A stretch of DNA of 64,000 bases from Eledone cirrhosa (Eukaryota), in assembly GCA_964016885.1 (NCBI GenBank), contig OZ024742.1, forward strand, positions 35,402,001-35,466,000. Direction: 5' to 3'. The position numbers were made by a program, and so were the translations under genes. Shown piece by piece: positions 49,970 to 63,726 of this stretch (position 1 is its first letter; every line of letters starts with the position of its first letter). The notes below the pieces were generated by a model. It ran no database searches. It worked only from the letters and a program-made list of their open reading frames with translations, and was not told the origin of the DNA.

Positions 49970-52923
49970 ATACTTGGGGAGGGTCATATTTGTGTAATAT
50001 TGCCAGAATTAATAACAGAACACACTCACTGTTTGGTTGGTTTTCGCTTCTCGCTTCTGTGTCTTTTATATCGGTAATCTAACTTACTCAGTCCTCAATG
50101 TTGCCATTGACTGACCGACGGTCAAAAATAATACAGATACAATAAAGACACAAACACATATATATAGTTTATCATAAATCTTTCGTTGCACATCTGCAAC
50201 ATCGTCAGTGGTGTTATATCTTCCTCCTGTTGTATTGTGTCTACGCCATTTTTATTCAGTCTGTCTATATATTTATTTATTTATTTGCTTGTTTGTTTAT
50301 TTTATTTTGTCTTCTTTGCGCATGCGTTTGCGTGTGTGTATAGTGTTTTGTTTGCTGTGTGATGGGTGACTAGTGTGTGTTTATGTGCTTGTTGTTATTG
50401 TGCTTGTGTATGTATTTATTTATTTATTTATTTTATTTTATTTACTTATTTATACTTCTCTTAGGTCAGTGTTGTTTGTTTGGGTGTTGTTGTTATTCAT
50501 TCTTTCTGTTTAGCCTTGGTCTTCTAATTTCTATTTCACTGGCCTCTCTGATTTGCCTATCTGCTGGGTCATTTCTATGTTTAGATATTATTCTAATTTC
50601 TATGTTGTCTATGTTACCGTCATGTTGTTGTCTAGCATGTTCGTATAGTACTGACCCGTTTTTTTCGTCCTTTTAGTTCCCCCCAGTGTTGGTCTATCCT
50701 TTCACCTATGCTACGAGCTGTCTCACCTATGTATGTTGTTGTCATGTTTCTGCAAGTACCCTCTGTACATCTTATGCTATAGACTACGTTTCTAGTTTTA
50801 CAGTTTATCCGGGGGTTCACCTTACATATGATACATTCCCTATTGGTACAGTGGGTTTTCTTAAAAGGGTAGGTTTTGCTGATCAGGGATTTTATGGTGG
50901 TTCCTGGCTTTTCTACCACCTTTATTTTTAAGTGGGTCTTTCTCAGGGCCTTTCTACGCTGGTTAGCTAATTTCCCTCCAGGGGTGGCGTCCACAAACAT
51001 GACACTATGGTATCTCTGGTTGTCGTACCATGAGGTGGCTTTCCCTATCTTATGTCTAGCCCTATCTAAGCTATTCCATGATTTGCTCCTGTATAATGGG
51101 CAAATTCCTTTCATGTCCAGTTCTATGAGGGTCTTATACTTTTCCATGGCTCCTTCGTATACTCTGACTCTGTCTCTTTGGTTGTAGCCAGAGAACTGCA
51201 TGCGGTTGATGAAGTGTTGGATGTGTCTTTCCATTTCTGTTGGGTCGCACATGCGGCACACATTCTTCATCACTCGTACCAAATCTGCGATCAGAATATT
51301 AAACTTAGCACTACTGGACATTGCTGAGTTTTTGAGTATCAAGTATTTAGAGGCCATGGGTTTAGCATAGTGTGAGTGGAGAATTTGGGCTCTCTCGTCT
51401 ATAGTGTTAATCCAGAGTTCTGTGTCTAATACAGGTAGTCTATTGTTAGGGTGTTTGGAAGGGAAGTCGATAGTTACAGTTATACTCTGGTGTATGGAAT
51501 TAGCTATCTGCTGGATGCTTTCCATCGTGCTACGTTCTAAATCAAACTTGTTAGTGCTCTCTAGTGGGGGTGTTCTTATAACTATATTGATATCGTCTAC
51601 ATAACGAGAGTACATGATGAGGTCTATGGAGCTCTCATTAAGGAGATCTTTAAGTCTCCTTTCCCACCATACCATGAAAAGGTTGGCAACATCACCAGCT
51701 ATGCTGACGCCGATGGCTGCTCCCTCATTTTGGGTGTAGATCTTCTCGTTGAACTTAAATATGTGGCCCTTTAGGGTAGTTTTGATACTAGCCCCTATTG
51801 CATGTGCGACCATTTTTCTTACCTGATCATTGTTTTGGGGGGTCCGTATAGCTTTGGTCCGACAACCAGAGATACCAGAGTGTCATGTTTGTGGCCGCCA
51901 CCCCTGGAGGGAAATTAGCTAACCAGTGTAGAAAGGCCCTGAGAAAGACCCACTTAAAAATAAAGGTGGTAGAAAAGCCAGGAACCACCATAAAATCCCT
52001 GATCAGCAAAACCTACCCTTTTAAGAAAACCCACTGTACCAATAGGGAATGTATCATATGTAAGGTGAACCCCTGCATAAACTGTAAAACTAGAAACGTA
52101 GTCTATAGCATAAGATGTACAGAGGGTACTTGCAGAAACATGACAACAACATACATAGGTGAGACAGCTCGTAGCATAGGTGAAAGGATAGACCAACACT
52201 GGGGGGAACTAAAAGGACGAAAAAACAGGTCAGTACTATACGAACATGCTAGACAACAACATGACGGTAACATAGACAACATAGAAATTAGAATAATATC
52301 TAAACATAGAAATGACCCAGCAGATAGGCAAATCAGAGAGGCCAGTGAAATAGAAATTAGAAGACCAAGGCTAAACAGAAAGAATGAATAACAACAACAC
52401 CCAAACAAACAACACTGACCTAAGAGAAGTATAAATAAGTAAATAAAATAAAATAAATAAATAAATAAATACATACACAAGCACAATAACAACAAGCACA
52501 TAAACACACACTAGTCACCCATCACACAGCAAACAAAACACTATACACACACGCAAACGCATGCGCAAAGAAGACAAAATAAAATAAACAAACAAGCAAA
52601 TAAATAAATAAATATATAGACAGACTGAATAAAAATGGCGTAGACATACAATACAACAGGAGGAAGATATAACACCACTGACGATGTTGCAGATGTGCAA
52701 CGAAAGATTTATGATAAACTATATATATGTGTTTGTGTCTATATTGTATCTGTATTATTTTTGACCGTCGGTCAGTCAATGGCAACATTGAGGACTGAGT
52801 AAGTTAGATTACCGATATAAAAGACACAGAAGCGAGAAGCGAAAACCAACCAAACAGTGAGTGTGTTCTGTTATTAATTCTGGCAATATTACACAAATAT
52901 GACCCTCCCCAAGTATAACAATA
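49963..52923. mobile_element. Penelope-like element: minus copy 49963-51859 fused head-to-head to inverted 3' copy 51860-52923
   Basis: RT G-AAIG, RYVDD, LPVLD; C-x4-C-x2-C linker; GIY-YIG VVYSIRC...YIGETARS...R...H...EA...LN; about 1.06-kb near-identical inverted arms; (TA)n at both outer ends. Confidence 0.93.
52671..52735 (+). ncRNA. Hammerhead ribozyme in the PLE tail (mirror copy 50150-50215 on -)
   Basis: CTGACGA t GTTGCA gatg TGCAAC GAAA gatttatgataaac TA; stem I imperfect. Confidence 0.7.
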
Positions 52924-52962
52924 TTTGTTTCGACACACGATTTCATATAAAAAACCTCGCAA

Positions 52963-53041
<79 letters not shown>

Positions 53042-53683
53042 TAAATATATGCATATATATAAGTATATATACATATATATATAGACAATATGCATGTATA
53101 TATATATATAGACAGTATACATGTATGTATATATATATATACATATATATATGTATATATATATATTTGTGTGTGTGCGTGTGTGCGTGTACGTATTTAT
53201 ATATGTATATATATGTGTATATAACATTTTTTCTACTTTTTCCTCTTATTGGCTAACCGTGTTTCTATCTCTTTCCTGTCAGCTAAAGCACACTAGTTTG
53301 TAGGATTTTGACTCTATTTGTTTAATTTGCTGAAAGGTACTAGTGCTGTGTTCCACTGCTTTGGTGCTTTCCACTGTCACTGGAATGAATTGTATCGACA
53401 TAAAATTATTGAAACTTTAGTGATTTCCAGAGGTTGAATGAAGAGAAGAAATTGTTCGTTTTTCCGTTGTCTTTATTTTGTGCACCCCTCGTTTTTGGAA
53501 TATATATACCACGAGCTTTTGCAGTTTCATCCTACCAAATTCCACGCGCAAGGCATTGGTAAAACCGAGTCTATGGTAAAACTTGCCCAAAGTACCTCGC
53601 AGCGGGACTGAAGCCAGAGTGAACTGCATCTCTTTTTTTCATTTTCACATACGCATGCATAAACATCCATGCTGTTATCTTAC

Positions 53684-53893
53684 CTGTATAGTTGGCTGCA
53701 TATCCTCGTCATCATCCGAAGCTTCACCGACAACGTCAGCCATTATACCAAATGTATCAACAGCAACTCCAAGATCACCAGGATATAGTTGTAGTTTTTC
53801 GTTCGATTTATTGTTGACTATGTCTGATATGGTTTTTGAAACGTCGGTGATATTTTGGGGTGTTACCTTCTCTGATATCAATAGCTGTTCCGC
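53684..53893 (-). CDS. Adhesion GPCR exon B (GAIN subdomain A)
   Basis: ttttcctaacccag|GCG...ATACAG|gtaaga; 210 nt, phase 0->0; AEQLLISEKVTPQNITDVSKTISDIV...LQLYPGDLGVAVDTF...IQ; LYPGDL resembles the GAIN helix motif. Confidence 0.88.
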
Positions 53894-54145
53894 CTGGGTT
53901 AGGAAAAGAAAGTATAGTAATAGTAAGGGACTGAGGGATTGAAAGAATGAAGTAACAAATGATTTATTCATTTTATACCAAAGCACATGAAACCGTCCCT
54001 GCTTTTATGATACAAAACTATTTAAGATATTTACATTTATCTAAAAACCTTCCATCATAATATAAGGGAAGGACCTTTGTTAAGTTATATTACAAATAAC
54101 AGTTTAATTATGAGAAAGTTAGTGATATTATTAAATAATAGGGTG

Positions 54146-54331
54146 TTGGATTGGCAGTATCGGTAGAGTGTCGGACGCCATGCTTTGCAGCATAGGGTTA
54201 CGTCCCTTTACGTCCTGATTTCAAATCCAGCCGAGGTTAACTTTACCTTTCATCCTTACGGGGTCGATAAAATAAAATACCAGAAATGTACTGGGTAATT
54301 GCTGGCTTCGTGCCAATAATAGAAACAATTA
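54146..54331 (+). mobile_element. SINE family 1
   Basis: Full copy. Confidence 0.85.
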
Positions 54332-55318
54332 TTAAATCTCACCAAAACGTTCATTATTTCAAAATTATTTGAAAACATAGGCAGTGTCTTTCATTAGAAA
54401 TATAATAACGAAAGTGTTTACATTTATTTATAAACTACCATCATATTTTATGTAGGAAACTTTATCAAGTTGTTCTAAACACCAACATAATAACAAGAAA
54501 GTTAGTTATATTACTAAATTATTTACTTAAAGCTATATTACTAAAGCTATTTAAGTTGAAGTTATTTTAGGTTATATTAAATCATAGAAGATGGCTTTCT
54601 TTAGAAATATGAAAATGAACGGTTGAAGAGAATTGTTTTAGATAGTGAATTGTACTTTTCCATGATACATTTTACAGCCAGTTTTGGATCAATTTCTTCA
54701 TTCATCCATTGCCGATCCACTCGTGGATGAACACCACAGCATGCTGTTGCTAACTTATCTATGCTAGTTGAGTTCTACCTGTGTACCGTGTCCCACATTC
54801 GGCTAGGATGGGCTGGAGATTCAGATGATTAGCTCGGGCCATCGAGTCTTAGGTGAAATTTGAACTCATAATGCAAAGAACAAGGTATCTAAAGGAATTT
54901 TGTCCGATGTTCTAAGAACTCTGTGAATGAAAGACAAAATTAATCTCGATGAGAATTGAGTTTAGATGCAACAAAGTATCCTGTCCGAATCTTTAACAAC
55001 TTCGCCAGTCCACTGACCTTGGATTGGTATTGATACTTTATTTATTCACACAAAAAGGATGAAAGGCAAGGTTGACATCAGGATTGAACTCAGAATCCAG
55101 AGAGCCGGAATAAATACATTTAGATCAGACGCTCGAACGACTCTGACAATTTGCTGCCATATAAATAGAAATCACACTCACAAACATGCATACACACACA
55201 CGCACACACACACACATGCATACACACACGCGCGCACATACACACACAAACACACACACAAACAAACAAACACACACACACAAACACACACGCACACACA
55301 CACACACACACACACGCG

Positions 55319-55358
<40 letters not shown>

Positions 55359-55761
55359 AAAGTTGAAAATAAATAAATATGCAACGTTAAAATATGCATC
55401 TGGTGGCCCGTATTTACTGAGCCATAGAAAGTCATCGGGTATTCGGGTATTGAAGGGTTGGGCTGGATGGAACATAGTGGTAACAGGCTGGTTTGTTTAG
55501 AGATATGGCAGGGAAGATTTAGACTAAGGATCCGGGGTGTCTCGGTGTAAATAATTAGCAACTAACTTACAATACTTAAAGCAGATGTCATGTCTTGCAG
55601 CTGCTCCCCGCCATCCCACACAACCCTAAAACAAAAATGAGGATGTTTTTTCGTGTCAATCCTTTTTCTTTTCTTTTAGAAGGTGGGACGTTGTTGCTGA
55701 GATAAAGATGATGGAATCTTATGCATCATCACCCCCCCCCCCCCCACCTCCGCGCCATGTG

Positions 55762-55902
55762 AAGGCGCATGGCTTAGTGGTTAGAGCATTGGGCTTGCAA
55801 TCGAAAGGTTGTGAGTTCAATTCTCAGACCGGGTGATGTGTTGTTTCCTTGAGCAAGACACTTTATTTCACATTGCTCCAGTTTACTCAGCTGTAGAAAT
55901 GA
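55762..55902 (+). mobile_element. tRNA-derived SINE family 2
   Basis: A box TGGCTTAGTGG, B box GAGTTCAATTC, body CCTTGAGCAAGACACTTTATTTCAC. Confidence 0.8.
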
Positions 55903-56000
55903 GATGATAGGGATGGGGTCCCTATCATTAAATTACCCAAGACACCTCCAACGAGATATACCTTGGAGGAGGCCAACTAAACCTGCATAGGTGTGAGCTG

Positions 56001-56068
<68 letters not shown>

Positions 56069-56097
56069 CCGCACCACACCTTGCTTTTTCCTTCATC

Positions 56098-56458
56098 AAC
56101 CACTACTACTACCTCTAGTAATACTACCAGCACCATAAATACCAGCTATTACCATCATCAGTGTCATTCTGTTCATCCTCCTCATCACCATCACAACCAC
56201 AAACACCACCGTCACGGCCACCACCACCACCACCATCACCACCACAAACACCACCATCACCAACACCACCATTACTACTACCACCATCACCAACACCACC
56301 ATTACTAGTACCACCATCACCACCACCAACCACCACCATCACCGCCACCACACCACATTCCCACCACCACCACCATCACCACTAACAACACCACCATGAA
56401 CACTACCACCACCATCACCGTCACCACCACCACCACCACCGCCACCACCACCACCAAT
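56098..56458. repeat. (CAC/CAT)n trinucleotide repeat
   Basis: Direct inspection. Confidence 0.9.
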
Positions 56459-56559
56459 GAAAATAGAAATACTTCACATTTATTAATATCTAAAAACAAA
56501 CAAATAAAAGCAAAAAAATAAAGATAAAAACACAAAAAGCAAATCGATGTGGTGGCCAC

Positions 56560-56675
56560 CTTTTTCTTGATATCCAGAAACTTCTTATGGACACAGTTCG
56601 TAAGATCTGGCCTTCCCCACGTAGCTTTGATGTCTTGGGCACTGGCGTCTTTGAAACAGTGTCTGGTTGCATTGC
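56560..56675 (-). CDS. Adhesion GPCR exon A (second half of hormone-receptor/HormR domain)
   Basis: tttctttgtacag|...AAAAAG|gtggcc; 116 nt, phase 1->0; encodes (G)NATRHCFKDASAQDIKATWGRPDLTNCVHKKFLDIKKK, matching the HormR motif G-x-A-x-R-x-C...W-x-x-P-D-L-x-x-C. Weak donor. Confidence 0.85.
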
Positions 56676-56894
56676 CTGTACAAAGAAATAATAATATATT
56701 AGGAATCGCTTAGACCAATACTTGCACAAAGTAAGTTTAAAACAGCTCCAGGTTTTCGCCAAACAATTCTGAGCTTAAGCATGTCTTTTACGAGTAAACA
56801 GCCCTGCCCAATGTTTTTTCCGTTTAGGGGGCTTATAAGCCCTGTTATTAGACTATTTTCTGTAGTAAAGAAATGCGGTAAAAGGTTCTAATTC

Positions 56895-56978
<84 letters not shown>

Positions 56979-57286
56979 GATTTGAATTTCGTATTTCTAA
57001 AGAAATATGGTATGTTTTAGATAAACATTTAGAAAGCCATAGCAGCTATGAATAACACTGGCAGCTAACGACACCAAACGGTGTTCGGCAGAAGCAAGAG
57101 AGACAATCGTCGATGAATTTCGAACTCAACTGGTTCTCGTCAAGACGATCCCTCCCGCTCTTGCAACTGCCAGGATTTGAAAACAGGCGAAATATGTATA
57201 TATATATATATATATATATATGTATTATTATTCATTATTTTTTTAATATTTTATATATATATGTATTATTATTCATTATTTTTTAA

Positions 57287-57330
<44 letters not shown>

Positions 57331-57607
57331 TAAAAAAATAATGAATAAAACAAAGAAACAGTTCCTTATATTAAACAAAAAAAGTTCATTATTTAACGAT
57401 CGTTTCTAGGACATATATGTGTTAGAATTGGCATGCATATTCAAAAGATCTATGTACAAAATTATACAAACTATCAAGGAGAATATACATACCATCACAT
57501 ATATATGCTGTCTATATATATATATAAGTTAAAACAAAAAACAAAAACAATAACTGAGAGTGCAGTACAACGTGTTAGTATTAGGTTCAGGCTTCAGAGT
57601 GGGGGTG

Positions 57608-57648
57608 GGGGACGACGTTTCGAGCATAAACCCTTCATCAGGAGAAAA
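57608..57648 (-). ncRNA. Minimal hammerhead (GAAACGUC type)
   Basis: Minus strand: CTGATGA a gggt ttat gctc GAAAC GTC; stem I weak; adjacent 53-bp hairpin at 57677-57729. Confidence 0.6.
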
Positions 57649-58135
57649 GTGGGAAGGAACAGTGTTCCGAGGATGTGAAGATAAGCAGTTCAAAATGTGT
57701 TAATAACACATTTTGAACTGCTTATCTTCAAGAAATATGCCTGTAAATAATATTAGTTTTTTTTCCCATTACCTTATCATGTTTCACATTACCCCCTTTT
57801 TTTTCTTTTTTCTTTTCACTTCAAAATCCTTGTTTGTAAATAACATTATTCTTTCTTCACCATTTCCTTAACATGTTCAACATCACCAACATTTTACACC
57901 AATACAAATTTCCCCCTTTGATAATGCATAAAATGCTGAAACCGGTAATAGACAATTATTAAATATATAAATAAATAAATGCTATTGTCAATTAATAAAT
58001 AAATTAACTAATACCTTAACACTTTACACAAAGTAAAATATTTTGTTTTAAATATTTTCTAACCCAGAAAAAAGAGAATAAAATAAAAGAGAAAAAAAAT
58101 ATTTTTCTTCCTAATAATCGTCTTTTTCTCCCTAT

Positions 58136-58201
<66 letters not shown>

Positions 58202-58703
58202 CAGCTCGTGTGCTCCTTCTCCACATGTTATTATTATTATAAAAAAGCAAAGAATCTGTTATTTTAATAAATATTTGCTCTAAGGTTCTTATATTTTTGA
58301 TATATATTTTCCTTATCGAGCTCTCTTTGGATTTTAGTCTTCAATTACGAATATATATATAATTGCAATTAAGGAAAGTCCACAACATTGGATGTGTAAA
58401 TAACAACGCTCATGTTTGGTTTATTCCACCATTACTGTCTTTTGGATAGACACGAACACACACATATGCACACACACACACAGATATATGATTTACATAT
58501 GTACACACACATACACACGCATACACATGCACACACATATATGCACACACACACATACACACACACTCACATACACATATACACTCACATACATGTACAC
58601 ACACACACACACATGTATTTATGTATGTATGTATGTATCCATGTTTGTATGCACGTATGTATGTATGCATGTATGCTTATATGAATGTTTTATGTTTATA
58701 TAT

Positions 58704-58746
<43 letters not shown>

Positions 58747-58837
58747 ATGTATGTATATACACAAACATAGACACAAATATACATACACGCACACGCACAC
58801 TCAGAGTGACACAGTCACAAACATGCAAACACATGTG

Positions 58838-58886
<49 letters not shown>

Positions 58887-59118
58887 ACACACTCACACAC
58901 ACTCATATATATACATACACACATAGACACATACATAATTACTTTACGTCAACAAATTACCACCCCACGAATTGTTGAAATATTAAATCAGCGTAGGAGA
59001 CGTATTTTGACATAGGCCTTGAATCATGGCTGACAACACTCTAAGAAAAATACATCCAAACATAAATAAACAACCTATACTCACATCTTTTATACATACA
59101 TACATATATATCTATATA

Positions 59119-59159
<41 letters not shown>

Positions 59160-59206
59160 TGGAATTGAATAATCAAGACCGTAGCGGTATGTCATATATC
59201 AAATCA

Positions 59207-59276
59207 TATATTTTGTCTGATGAGGACGTACTGAAAAAACAACACAGCATCTTTGAAATATATATAATAAAGTATA
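59207..59276 (+). ncRNA. Hammerhead ribozyme, Naiad-tail family
   Basis: tatattttgt CTGATGA...GAAA TATATA TA ataaagtata; downstream flank resembles 23900-23945; between two (TA)n tracts. Confidence 0.75.
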
Positions 59277-59364
59277 CATTTTGATTATGAGAATATTTTT
59301 CATTTGTTAATATTTTGAATAATATATATATATATATATGATGATGATGATGATGATGATGATG

Positions 59365-59877
59365 ATGGCTGCCCCCTCGTTATCGAGTATGACCATTGCA
59401 CGATATACCATTATTAATAATTATTAATTAATTCTATGCGTGAAGATATTTTTTAAAGTGAGGAAAGACTGTGCACTGAGCCAATCCCACTCTCTGAGCG
59501 ACAGTAGCTATAAACCGAAAAGAAAAGATCAACATCATCGGTAACTACTGAGCCGCAGGTTTTATATCGGAGTTATCCCAGTTTCCTGAGTTGCCTTCTC
59601 CTAGAAGAATGCCCGGACAAAGGATAGGGGTCCTTCATTCCCAGTGGTTTAACCGCGCGATCGGGTGTCCAGCCCGATTATTTCTATGTCCCCGCGCATA
59701 TACACACACATGCACCCATGTATATACACATACACATATACATATATATGTACATGTGTATATACATATTTACACACTTTTGGATGGCCGTTGACTCTTA
59801 TGAGTTCTTCCGCCTTTTGTCAAGTTTTGTTTTTTGTCCTGCAGAGTGTCCCAAATCACCCTCCTCACCAAGTAAAC
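59365..59877 (-). mobile_element. RTE-derived family A
   Basis: Reverse-complement copy with an (ATC)n tail. Confidence 0.85.
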
Positions 59878-59951
59878 ATTAAAAAAAACATATATTCATA
59901 TCTTTTATAATTTTTTTTATTTATTTATTTATTTATTTATTTATTATTATC

Positions 59952-60172
59952 AGGTGAAGTCGTGTGGTTGAGTGGTTAGAGAATTAGATTCACAATCTTG
60001 AGGCTGTGGTTTCGATTCCTGGACCGGGCGATGCGTTATGTCCTTGAGCAAGTCACTTTATTTCACGTTGCTCGTTCTCCCTGGGGTTGCCACCGATAGA
60101 TAGTATTAGCAGCTTGAAAGACCAACGGAAGCATTGTTTCCTCGGTCCGATTTGACGAAAGTCGATCGATCG
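59952..60172 (+). mobile_element. SINE family 2 variant (inverted partner at 61128-61322)
   Basis: tRNA-like head, CCTTGAGCAAG body, shared 3' part GAAAGACCAACGGAAGCATTGTTTCCTCGGTCCG. Confidence 0.75.
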
Positions 60173-60483
60173 ATGTCTTAGCCAGAGCCGCTATACCGTT
60201 AGTGACACTTTATCGCACAGTAAATTACCCCTTGGCAGTAAAGATTTCTAATTCAGGCAGACGACTGGGAATTTGTTGAGGTATATTTTATCGATCCATT
60301 ATAGTTTAATGGCAAAATTGACCCAGGTGGAATTTGACTAAAACTAGTAAGACTAAAGCAGTATATCTAATTTTTTTGAAATAGTTACTTGTGCGTCCAT
60401 AGGTTTATATTTCTCAGTTTCAGATGGTCCCGATTAGGGTGAAAGCAGAAATTATTTGCTTAAATCTGTTCTAATAATAAATA

Positions 60484-60577
<94 letters not shown>

Positions 60578-60844
60578 ATCGCATTTCAGCGGGTAGAAAA
60601 AGCGAAACGTAACGCAAATATATATATATCATTTATGTTTGGCTGTTTACCAATGGGTAGAACTGGTGCTTCGGGTAGGTAAGCAATGATGTAACAAATT
60701 AATTAAAGCACTCAACGGTATGCCAATCATCCATCGTGGATGTGGTATCCAGTGTTTGGTGCAGGAACGAAGTTAAGTATTCATTAAAACAACAACAGAA
60801 GGTCGGACTGGAAAATTTTACTTTAGAATTTTACTCCCGCGAAA

Positions 60845-60919
60845 GCACTTTACATATTTCGATGGCCCAGCTCTATTATCTGATTATGATGCAAGACTAG
60901 GCGATTTCATCAGGTGTTA
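60845..60919 (-). ncRNA. Hammerhead ribozyme-like motif
   Basis: Minus strand: cac CTGATGA aatcgcctag...ctgggccatc GAAA TATG TA aagtg. Confidence 0.6.
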
Positions 60920-61342
60920 TTTACTGAATTATATAACAGGATTACATTGAACCCAAACAGAGAATAGAAAATAGAGGACTGATTCGTTTCGGGTAACGTC
61001 TATCAATTCGGTGTTATATCGATGGCAGACGGTCGAGAGTAATAGAGAAAGAGAGAGGGAGGGGGTAGAGATAGATATACCCAGATTTGTTTTGCATGTG
61101 AATACTCATACACTCTTGTATAAAAAGGATCGATCGACTTTCGTCAAATCGGACCGAGGAAACAATGCTTCCGTTGGTCTTTCCAATTGTTAGTACTATC
61201 TATCGGTCGCAACTCCGGGTAGAAGGAGCAACAGGAAATAAAGTGTCTTGCTCAAGGACATCGAACTCACAACCTCAAGATAGCGAATTCAATTCCCTAA
61301 CCACTCAGCCACACGCCTTCACACTCTTATATATATTACATG

Positions 61343-61597
<255 letters not shown>

Positions 61598-62398
61598 AGA
61601 GATATTGCTACAATTACCGTGGGATTCCTACATCTACATTTGCCCATCTGTAGTCAGTTGACGATGGCACCAAGTCATGTGACCAGATATTTCCGCTGTG
61701 TATGCACACACACCCACCTCCCACCCCATGTCCCACTTATGTATGTATATATATATATATGTGTGTACATGTCGGAAAGACTGAAAAGAATTTGTTTCCG
61801 GAGATTTTCAATAGTTGTTCCTTTCTTTGTTTCTTTTTATACATTTTCCTTCTTTCATAAGAAATAACGATGGCTTCAGACATGAAAATATGCCTTCTAG
61901 TGATGTTTCCATAACTTGCTTGTTTCCTCTCTTTCATCTAACTTCCTTGCAGCGCTTCCTTCCACCTTCCGTTGTCTTGTATTCATACATTTATATGGAG
62001 TCTCTTTCTCACTCTCTCTACCAACACAAACATACACACACGTATATATATATATACATATGTATGTATATATATATATATATATATATGATAATAAGGG
62101 CGCTGCGGAGTTGCAAATGGGTTACATATGAAAAAAGTTTGTCCTTCATCAGTGATCTTCCAACCATCATAGGCATTTCATCGCTTTAAAGACCATATAC
62201 CTCCGGTTGGTGCGAGCAACGGCTAAAAAAAGTCGTTGGGACACGTAAATAAAGGGGACGCGAGGGTAAACAAACAAAATGGTGAAGCAGCAGAAAGTGA
62301 GGAAGAAGGAGACAAGTCCCAAATTTCTATGAATTTAAATTCGGTGAAATCGTGAACGAGAGAATAAAGACCATCAAACCTGGTTGAAATGTGAGCAA

Positions 62399-62515
<117 letters not shown>

Positions 62516-62938
62516 GCGGGGGGGGGGGGGAGTGGCAGTGAATGATACAGACATCTTCGGCTGGGGGTCGGAATCGTGAAACGCATAGTCGCTAATTTGT
62601 GAAGTTTCTGTTTCAAATAAACACTATTACATGTCTGTATTTTGTTTATTCAAATAACCAGCTTGAATTCTGATTAGAATTTACGTAAATCTCTGAGAGG
62701 GTCTGTGTCTGCTCGTGATTAAGTGGCACCTAAAACCCTTAGCGAAAGTGTGGTACATACTATCAAATCATAGTCAGTTGCGCGTGACGGCTGAACATTT
62801 ATGTATGTAAATATATTAACTATGAACGTGTCAGTGTTTACTCGTGTCAACGTAGGCACTTAAACTCTTCACAAAATCATCATATCATACATACTACAAA
62901 TATTATTCGATTGCGTGTAACGGCTGAAGTTTTGTATA

Positions 62939-63179
62939 CCGTATTTGCCGGCTTATAAGACGCATGGGCTTATAAGACGCACCTTAATATGGGCAGGCAT
63001 TTAAAGATAAATAGATAAATGGGATTATACTACGAATGCCAGGTGAAGGGTATAAAGTTTGTTTTATTTAAGGGTCACTAGAACTCCACTAACCAGTAAC
63101 CCAAACAGGCTCTTGACCTTGGGTGATTTTCTGGGACATATTTTGGAAAGAAAAGTGTCTTATAAGCCATCAAATACGG
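62939..63179. mobile_element. Tc1/mariner(pogo)-type MITE
   Basis: TA|CCGTATTTGCCGGCTTATAAGAC ... GTCTTATAAGCCATCAAATACGG|TA; TA TSD. Confidence 0.85.
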
Positions 63180-63406
63180 TATGTTGATATCTTAGCTATG
63201 AATGAGAGTTCTAAGATGGACCCTTTATAAAGTAGATTATTTTCTCTGGGAGACAAAATTTAGCCTACTTATAATGCCTGGTGTATTGTAATATCTTCCA
63301 GACGACTTTATAGTTCTTAACTATATCAAAATATTCTGTATTGTTGACGTGGTTATTGAACAGTTTTAGTAGACCAGTTCTGTTAATAATAATATGTTTA
63401 ATTATT

Positions 63407-63726
63407 TGAACAGTTTTTACAACTTCCTAGTGAACCAGTCTTGTCATGAACAGTTTTTACAACTTCCTAGTGAAGCAGTCTTGTCATGAACAGTTTTTAC
63501 AACTTCCTAGTGAACCAGTCTTGTCATGAACAGTTTTTACAACTTCCTAGTGAACCAGTCTTGTCATGAACAGTTTTTACAACTTCCTAGTGAACCAGTC
63601 TTGTTATGAACAGTTTTTATAACTTCCTAGTGAACCAGTCTTGTCATGAACAGTTTTTACAACTTCCTAGTGAACCAGTCTTGTCATGAACAGTTTTTAT
63701 AACTTCCTAGTGAACCAGTCTTGTCA
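63407..63726. repeat. 40-bp minisatellite x8
   Basis: TGAACAGTTTTTACAACTTCCTAGTGAACCAGTCTTGTCA, 8 near-identical units with no spacers. Confidence 0.95.

Noticed and set aside
53894-53986. Apparent signal peptide (MNKSF...LLLLYFLFLTQA) suggesting a GAIN-only receptor
   Set aside because: The hydrophobic stretch is the translated polypyrimidine tract of the acceptor at 53894, and an in-phase HormR exon lies upstream at 56560-56675.
55762-55835. tRNA gene
   Set aside because: A and B boxes are present but it continues into a SINE body found in several copies, without a good acceptor stem.
62100-62160. Minus-strand CTGATGAAGG core
   Set aside because: No downstream GAAA/NUH in a compatible position.
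63407-63726. CRISPR-like array
   Set aside because: Contiguous 40-bp units with no unique spacers and no cas genes, in eukaryotic DNA; it is a minisatellite.
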